IMG/VR virus record: IMGVR_UViG_3300032216_000320
Span: 1 to 61,611 of that record
Reading direction: 5' to 3' (one strand)
DNA length: 61,611 bases
From: a virus
Taxonomy: Duplodnaviria > Caudoviricetes
Under the pieces are notes generated by a model. It was given only the letters and a program-made list of their open reading frames with translations. It was not told the DNA's origin and made no database searches. The translations under genes were made by a program, and so were the position numbers. Below, piece after piece: positions 55,734 to 61,611 of the stretch (position 1 is its first letter; each line of letters starts with the position of its first letter).

Positions 55734-56000
55734 ATGGCAACACAAAAGTTTATGGGTAGACACCACTTAGTTGACCGCTTGGCGGCACAAGTTGGCTCCA
55801 AAGAATCGGCTGTATCCATTCTCAAGAAGCGTGGGGATATGAACGCTAAAGGGGAGTTGACTAAAGCGGGTAAAGTGCGAGATGCTATGACTGCCAAAGA
55901 ACGCGCTATTGACCGTGAGAGTAAGCGTACCGGCAACAAATCATCGGCGTACAAATATGACCCGCGCACAAACCGCGCGACTTTAAGAAAGAAATCTTGA
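55734..56000 (+). CDS. Small basic protein (start revised to MATQKF)
   Basis: Between TerL and portal. Confidence 0.6.
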   Translation: MATQKFMGRHHLVDRLAAQVGSKESAVSILKKRGDMNAKGELTKAGKVRDAMTAKERAIDRESKRTGNKSSAYKYDPRTNRATLRKKS

Positions 56001-56001
56001 C

Positions 56002-58500
56002 ATGGCTACCAACATTGACAAAGCCCTATACCAACAACCCGCCGGACTCGAAGAGTTGGCTCAAGGTGAGGACGCGATTGAAATTGAGATTGTTGACCCC
56101 GAAGAAGTTAACATTCATGCTGGTGGTTTAGACATCAGCATTGGTAAAGGCGCAGAAGAAGATTTTTCCGCTAATTTGGCTGAAGATGTAAACGAAGGCG
56201 ACTTGCAATCCATGGCAAGTGAGCTGTCTTCCGACATTGACAACGACAAGAACAGCCGCAAAGATTGGGAGAAGGCTTACACAGAGGGCCTCAAACTTCT
56301 GGGCCTCCAGATGGAAGAGCGCACTGAGCCATGGAACGGTGCATCAGGTGTGTTCCACCCTATGATTACAGAAGCAGTTGTTCGCTTCCAAGCCGAAACG
56401 ATCACTGAGACTTTCCCAGCCCAAGGCCCCGTGCGCACAAAGATTATCGGCAAGGAGACACCCGATAAGAAAGAAGCGGCCAACCGCGTCGAAGCTGATA
56501 TGAACTATCAGTTGACAGAGAAGATGGTTGAGTTCCGCCCAGAGCACGAGCGTATGTTGTGGTCACTGCCAGCCACAGGTTCAGCATTTAAGAAAGTGTA
56601 CTACGACCCCAACTTGGGCCGTCAAGTTTCCATCTTCATCCCAGCCGAAGACATCATCTTGCCTTACGGCACAACAGAGATGGATACGTGCTACCGCATT
56701 ACGCACGTGATGCGTAAGACAAAAAATGAAATTATGAAGCTGCAGCAAGCTGGCTTCTACCGTGATGTTGATCTGGCTGAACCTGATAAATCCATCAGCG
56801 ATATTCAGAAAGCTAAAGACCGGGAAACAGGTTTCAGTGACATCAATGATGACCGCTACACCTTGTACGAGTGCCACGTTGACCTAGACCTCAAAGGTTT
56901 TGAAGACGAAGAAGATGGTGAGAAGACCGGCATCATGTTGCCGTATGTGGTCACGTTGATTAAAGGTTCCAACGATGTGTTGGCCATTCGCCGCAACTGG
57001 GAGGAAGATGACCCACTTAAACTCAAGCGTCAGCACTTCGTACACTACCAATATATTCCGGGGTTTGGAGCTTATGGCTTCGGGCTGTTCCATCTTATCG
57101 GAGGCTTTGCTAAATCCGCTACATCCCTCATGCGGCAACTTATTGATGCCGGAACACTTGCCAACTTGCCCGGCGGACTTAAGACCCGCGGCCTGCGCAT
57201 CAAAGGAGATGACACACCAATCGCCCCGGGTGAATTCCGAGATGTAGATGTTGGTTCAGGCACGATCCGCGACAACATCTTGCCCCTGCCATACAAGGAA
57301 CCTAGTCAGACTCTGTACACCTTGTTGCAAAACATCGTGGATGAAGGTCGTCGCTTCGCAGCAACCGCTGATATGAAAGTGTCTGACATGAGCGGCAACG
57401 CTCCTGTTGGAACCACACTGGCTTTGTTGGAGAGACAACTCAAGGTCATGACGGCTGTTCAGGCCCGTGTGCACTTTGCGTTGAAGCAAGAGTTAGGTTT
57501 GCTGAAGAACATCATCCGTGATTATTCAGACACTGATTATTTGTATGAGCCAGAAGGCACAAAAGGCCCACGCGCCAAGCAGTCTGACTATGAACACGTA
57601 GATGTGATTCCAGTGTCTGACCCCAACGCTGCGACAATGAGTCAACGTGTTGTTCAGTACCAAGCTGTGATTCAGATGGCGCAGATGGCGCCTGACATCT
57701 ATGACTTGCCACAACTGCACCGCCGCATGCTTGATGTGCTTGGTATTAAAAACGCAGACAAACTTGTGCCTTTGGAAGAAGACCAGAGGCCAACCGACCC
57801 TGTGTCAGAGAACCAGAATGTGCTTAAGGGTAAACCCCTAAAAGCGTTTATGTACCAAGATCATCAGTCGCATATCCAAGTGCACATGATGATGTTGCAA
57901 GACCCGCTCATCCAACAATTCATTGGCCAAAATCCACGTGCTCCGGCTATTCAAGCCGCGCTCACCGCTCACGTGGCGGAACACGTTGGCTACATGATGC
58001 GTCAAAAGATCGAACAACAACTCGGTATGCCACTGCCACCCGAAGACGAGAAGCTGCCACCAAACGTGGAGATGGCTTTGTCAGCGATGATGGCGCAAGC
58101 GGCCAATCAAGTGTTGCAACAAGATCAAGCCAAAGCTGCTCAGATGCAAGCACAGCAGCAAGCGCAAGACCCCGTGCTTCAAATGCAAATGCAAGAACTT
58201 CAACTCAAAGCACAAGAGTTGGAACTCAAGAAGCAGAAAATTATTGCCGACGCCGCAGCCGCTTCCGACAAGCAAGACTTGGAAGAACAAAAGGTCAGCG
58301 GTCAACTGCAATTGGAGTCGATGCGTGTTGGCGCACAAATCCGCGAGAGCCAAGTTAAGCAACAGTTCGAACAAGAACGCACTGGCGTCCAAATGGGCGC
58401 TGACATTGCGAAGAACAAAGCTCAAATGGATTTGCAAGCCCGCACCACGGCACTGCAACACTCGTCTCGAAACCAACCTAAAACGGAACCTAAACAATGA
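56002..58500 (+). CDS. Portal protein (P22-like, with Gln-rich C-terminal barrel)
   Basis: 832 aa after TerL; GSAFKKVY, YG.G; coiled Q-rich tail. Confidence 0.9.
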   Translation: MATNIDKALYQQPAGLEELAQGEDAIEIEIVDPEEVNIHAGGLDISIGKGAEEDFSANLAEDVNEGDLQSMASELSSDIDNDKNSRKDWEKAYTEGLKLLGLQMEERTEPWNGASGVFHPMITEAVVRFQAETITETFPAQGPVRTKIIGKETPDKKEAANRVEADMNYQLTEKMVEFRPEHERMLWSLPATGSAFKKVYYDPNLGRQVSIFIPAEDIILPYGTTEMDTCYRITHVMRKTKNEIMKLQQAGFYRDVDLAEPDKSISDIQKAKDRETGFSDINDDRYTLYECHVDLDLKGFEDEEDGEKTGIMLPYVVTLIKGSNDVLAIRRNWEEDDPLKLKRQHFVHYQYIPGFGAYGFGLFHLIGGFAKSATSLMRQLIDAGTLANLPGGLKTRGLRIKGDDTPIAPGEFRDVDVGSGTIRDNILPLPYKEPSQTLYTLLQNIVDEGRRFAATADMKVSDMSGNAPVGTTLALLERQLKVMTAVQARVHFALKQELGLLKNIIRDYSDTDYLYEPEGTKGPRAKQSDYEHVDVIPVSDPNAATMSQRVVQYQAVIQMAQMAPDIYDLPQLHRRMLDVLGIKNADKLVPLEEDQRPTDPVSENQNVLKGKPLKAFMYQDHQSHIQVHMMMLQDPLIQQFIGQNPRAPAIQAALTAHVAEHVGYMMRQKIEQQLGMPLPPEDEKLPPNVEMALSAMMAQAANQVLQQDQAKAAQMQAQQQAQDPVLQMQMQELQLKAQELELKKQKIIADAAAASDKQDLEEQKVSGQLQLESMRVGAQIRESQVKQQFEQERTGVQMGADIAKNKAQMDLQARTTALQHSSRNQPKTEPKQ

Positions 58501-58691
58501 TCCAAGACTTCGTACGCGTATTACGCGAAAAATTACGCACCGACATGAACAACTACGCCGATGACTTGGCAGGCGGAGGATGTCGCACATTTGAAGAGTA
58601 TCAAAAACTTTGCGGGGTTATTCAGGGTCTGGCCCTTGCAGAGCGTTATCTCCTTGACCTTGCACAGAAAGTTGAACAATCCGATGAGTAA
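58497..58691 (+). CDS. Small head-module protein
   Basis: ATGA overlap; Y...CG.I.GL. Confidence 0.7.
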   Translation: MIQDFVRVLREKLRTDMNNYADDLAGGGCRTFEEYQKLCGVIQGLALAERYLLDLAQKVEQSDE

Positions 58692-59115
58692 TATCGATCT
58701 CTCGCCCGGTGCTTTTGCACTGCCTGATCCCATCCAGCCTCTGGATGCACCTGAACCTGAAACTAGTGATGAGCAGAAGGCCACGCAACTTCCCAACCCC
58801 ACAGGCTGGAAAATCCTTTGCGCCGTGCCAGAAGTCTCGGAAACAATTGAAGGTACAAGCCTGCTGCGGCCAATTGAGTACATGAAGCAGGAAGAAACAG
58901 CAACCACTGTGTTGTTTGTTTTGAAAGTTGGCCCCGATGCGTACAACGACACCACCAAATTCCCCAACGGAGCATGGTGCAAAGAAGGCGACTTCGTGTT
59001 GGTACGTACCTACTCTGGCACAAGATTCAAAATCTTTGGCAAAGAGTTCCGTCTCATCAACGACGACCAAGTTGATGCTGTTGTGCAAGACCCTCGCGGC
59101 CTGACCCGCGCTTAA
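58684..59115 (+). CDS. GroES/Cpn10-like co-chaperonin (start revised to MSNIDL)
   Basis: PTGWKIL...VLKVGPDAY...KEGDFV...YSG...EFRLINDD.V.AVV. Confidence 0.85.
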   Translation: MSNIDLSPGAFALPDPIQPLDAPEPETSDEQKATQLPNPTGWKILCAVPEVSETIEGTSLLRPIEYMKQEETATTVLFVLKVGPDAYNDTTKFPNGAWCKEGDFVLVRTYSGTRFKIFGKEFRLINDDQVDAVVQDPRGLTRA

Positions 59116-59127
59116 AAAGGATTAAAA

Positions 59128-60072
59128 ATGCCAGAAGCATATAAATTTCCTGACGAAATTGAAGATACCGACGCAAAATCGGCTGAATCTGAAAACGAAA
59201 GTACCGATATTGAGATCGAAATCGTTGACGATACACCTGTTGAAGACCGAGGCCGCAAAGCTTTGGATCGTGAAGTGGAAGATCCATCCGATGACGAGCT
59301 TGATACGTACTCTGATGGCGTAAAAAAGCGCATCAAAGAGTTAACGCATGCCCGTCATGACGAGCGCCGCGCCAAAGAAGCCCTTGCGCGTGAAAAACAA
59401 GAGTTGGAGCGCATCGCGCAACACATCTTGGAAGAGAACAAGCGCCTTAAAATGCACGTAAGCACGGGTGAGCAGACCTACGCGGAAACAATCAAGGCAG
59501 CAACCTTTGCTGAGCTTGAAAATGCGAAGCGTAAGTACAAAGAAGCATACGAAGCAGGCGATTCTGACGCTTTGTTGGAGGCACAAGAGGCCCTGACAGA
59601 CGCTAAGATGCGTGTAGAAGCTGCAAAAAACTTTAGACCTACCCCTTTACAACAAGATGATATTGATGTACAAATCAAGTCATCTCCTCCACCCCGGCAA
59701 GAGATCGACGATAAAACCTTGCGCTGGCAAGCAAAAAACCAGTGGTTCGGTCAACCGGGGTATGAAGAATTAACCAGCTTTTCTCTAGGGCTGCACCAAA
59801 AACTAGTGAACTCGGGGGTTGACCCTCGCTCTGATGAATACTTCGAGCGCATTGATGCTCGCATAAAGTCAACTTTTCCAGAAGTGTTTGGAAGGGAAGA
59901 CAAGCCTAAATCGGTTGACGGCTCTAAAAAAGCTGCAACAGTAGTTGCTTCCGCGACCAGATCGTCCGGGGCAAGAAAAGTTGAAATGTCGCCAACGCAA
60001 GTTGCCTTGGCTAAAAAATTTGGATTGACCCCACAGCAATATGCTGTTGAATTAGCAAAATTGGAGAAATAA
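59128..60072 (+). CDS. Scaffolding-like protein
   Basis: Acidic N-terminus, coiled coil, C-terminal A.KFGLT...YA; upstream of the capsid gene. Confidence 0.7.
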   Translation: MPEAYKFPDEIEDTDAKSAESENESTDIEIEIVDDTPVEDRGRKALDREVEDPSDDELDTYSDGVKKRIKELTHARHDERRAKEALAREKQELERIAQHILEENKRLKMHVSTGEQTYAETIKAATFAELENAKRKYKEAYEAGDSDALLEAQEALTDAKMRVEAAKNFRPTPLQQDDIDVQIKSSPPPRQEIDDKTLRWQAKNQWFGQPGYEELTSFSLGLHQKLVNSGVDPRSDEYFERIDARIKSTFPEVFGREDKPKSVDGSKKAATVVASATRSSGARKVEMSPTQVALAKKFGLTPQQYAVELAKLEK

Positions 60073-60073
60073 A

Positions 60074-60532
60074 ATGGCTGAAACTGTAGACCGCATTACC
60101 CGTGATTTAAAAACACGCGAAAAATCTGTTCGTGTTGCATACGTGCCACCGAGCAACCTGCCTGATCCGACACCTGATCCTGATTATGAGTTTCGCTGGA
60201 TTGCGACGCACGTATTAGGTCAGCCGTTATCCAATAATGTGTCTTTACAGATGCGCGATGGATATGAGCCGGTGAAAGCAGTGGATCATCCAGAATTGGC
60301 TTTGTTTGGTAACAACGCAAATGGTAACGTGGAAATTGGTGGATTGATGCTTTGCAAAGCCCCCAAAGAACGCGTCCAAGCACGCGCTGAGTACTACGCC
60401 CGACAAGCCCAAAACCAGATGGATTCAGTTGACAATCATTTCATGCGAAATAACGACCCTCGGATGCCCTTGTTTGCTGACCGCAAGTCATCATCAAGTC
60501 GCGGAACAGGATTTGGTTCAGGTTCTAAATAA
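60074..60532 (+). CDS. Head-module conserved protein
   Basis: FRWI...GYEPV...IGGLMLCK. Confidence 0.7.
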   Translation: MAETVDRITRDLKTREKSVRVAYVPPSNLPDPTPDPDYEFRWIATHVLGQPLSNNVSLQMRDGYEPVKAVDHPELALFGNNANGNVEIGGLMLCKAPKERVQARAEYYARQAQNQMDSVDNHFMRNNDPRMPLFADRKSSSSRGTGFGSGSK

Positions 60533-60543
60533 GGAGTCTATAG

Positions 60544-61158
60544 ATGGCATACCCTACCATTGATAAGACGTATGGTTTCAAGCCAGTCAACCGACTGGAT
60601 GGTCTACCCTACGCCGGAGCGATCCGTCAAATCCCCATCGCCCCTTCCTACGCAACAGCAATCCTGAACGGTGACACCGTTAAGGTTGACACTAACGGCT
60701 ACATCGTGGCTGCTAGTACAACTGATTCAGGTAACATTGTTGGTGTGTTGGTTGGATGTTCTTACATCAATTCGTTGAGCCAACCCACGTACGCACAAAG
60801 CTACCCAGCTTCTACGTCAACTTCAACAAACATGGCTTTTGCCTTTGTTGTGGATGATCCTAGTGCTGTGTTCAAGGTCTGCGCTACTGTCGCTAGTTCC
60901 ACAACTCCCACAGCTTATAGCCGTGCGATTGTTGGTTCTAACGTGGCTTTAGTTGCTAACGTTGGTTCTACCACCACAGGTGATTCGTATTACGGTATTG
61001 ACGGTTCTTCCGCTAACACCACTAATACACTTCCCGTACGTGTTGTTGACGTTGTGCCCGATACTGCGACTGGCGCTGCCAACGTAGCCGCCACAACATA
61101 TTACGAGTTCCTCGTTAAATTCAACACGGCTCAGTACAACAGTACTACCGGCATTTAA
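60544..61158 (+). CDS. Capsid decoration/cement-like protein
   Basis: YGFKPV...GD.V...VDDP; directly upstream of the capsid gene. Confidence 0.65.
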   Translation: MAYPTIDKTYGFKPVNRLDGLPYAGAIRQIPIAPSYATAILNGDTVKVDTNGYIVAASTTDSGNIVGVLVGCSYINSLSQPTYAQSYPASTSTSTNMAFAFVVDDPSAVFKVCATVASSTTPTAYSRAIVGSNVALVANVGSTTTGDSYYGIDGSSANTTNTLPVRVVDVVPDTATGAANVAATTYYEFLVKFNTAQYNSTTGI

Positions 61159-61171
61159 GGAGTAACTTACC

Positions 61172-61611
61172 ATGGCTATTTCACGCGCACAACTACTTAA
61201 AGAACTGCTCCCCGGCTTGAACGCTTTGTTCGGCCTGCAGTATGCTACTTACGGCGAAGAGCACAAAGAAATCTACGAAACAGAGAAATCTGAGCGTAGC
61301 TTCGAAGAAGAAACCAAACTGTCTGGTTTCTCTGCCGCTCCAGTCAAGAACGAGGGTTCAGCCATTGCTTATGACAATGCGCAAGAAGCGTTCACGGCTC
61401 GCTATAACCACGAAACCATTGCCTTGGGTTTTTCAATCACTGAAGAAGCGATTGAAGATAACTTGTACGACAGCTTGTCTGCTCGCTACACCAAGGCATT
61501 GGCCCGTGCTATGGCTTACACCAAGCAAGTTAAGGCTGCTGCAGTCTTGAACAACGGCTTCACAGCTGGTTATAACGGCGGCGACGGCGTTACTTTGTTC
61601 AGTGCTTCACA
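61172..61611 (+). CDS. Major capsid protein N-terminal part (runs off the window end)
   Basis: AAGGAG RBS; MAISRAQLLKELLPGLNALFG... Confidence 0.9.
   Translation, partial: MAISRAQLLKELLPGLNALFGLQYATYGEEHKEIYETEKSERSFEEETKLSGFSAAPVKNEGSAIAYDNAQEAFTARYNHETIALGFSITEEAIEDNLYDSLSARYTKALARAMAYTKQVKAAAVLNNGFTAGYNGGDGVTLFSAS
61250..61611 (+). repeat. Imperfect terminal overlap with 1-362
   Basis: First 62 nt identical, then colinear but diverged. Confidence 0.92.

Overview
Apparently a complete, circularly permuted genome (about 61,249 bp) of a tailed dsDNA phage with a podovirus-like layout. The window opens inside the major capsid gene. It ends with the start of the same gene plus a ~360-nt overlap that is a diverged allele, not an exact copy. 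The plus-strand late arm (53575-61611 then 1-30948) carries small and large terminase, portal, a GroES-like co-chaperonin, scaffold, a Mu-gpT-like capsid, small basic proteins, a glycosyltransferase, tail and fibre genes, a 2OG-Fe(II) oxygenase, holin and lysozyme, and four internal/ejection proteins, the last of 2385 aa. The minus-strand early/replication arm (53159-31024) carries small early genes, an M28-like peptidase, a MoxR-AAA/vWA-metallopeptidase module, family A DNA polymerase (Leu762 type), PD-(D/E)XK and VRR-NUC nucleases, an SNF2 helicase, an SSB-like protein and a DUF927 primase-helicase. I saw no integrase, tRNA, CRISPR array or RNA polymerase. The most notable observations are: (1) seven intergenic TTCCTAC-N2/3-GTAGGAA palindromes confined to the early region, thinning out with distance from the inferred genome end; (2) an L,D-transpeptidase (YkuD)-like domain with intact His/Cys inside the giant ejection protein; (3) four candidate structured RNAs; (4) a recurrent [YFMLA]-x-x-GG motif across capsid-internal proteins. 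All family assignments come from motifs recognised by eye; no searches were run.
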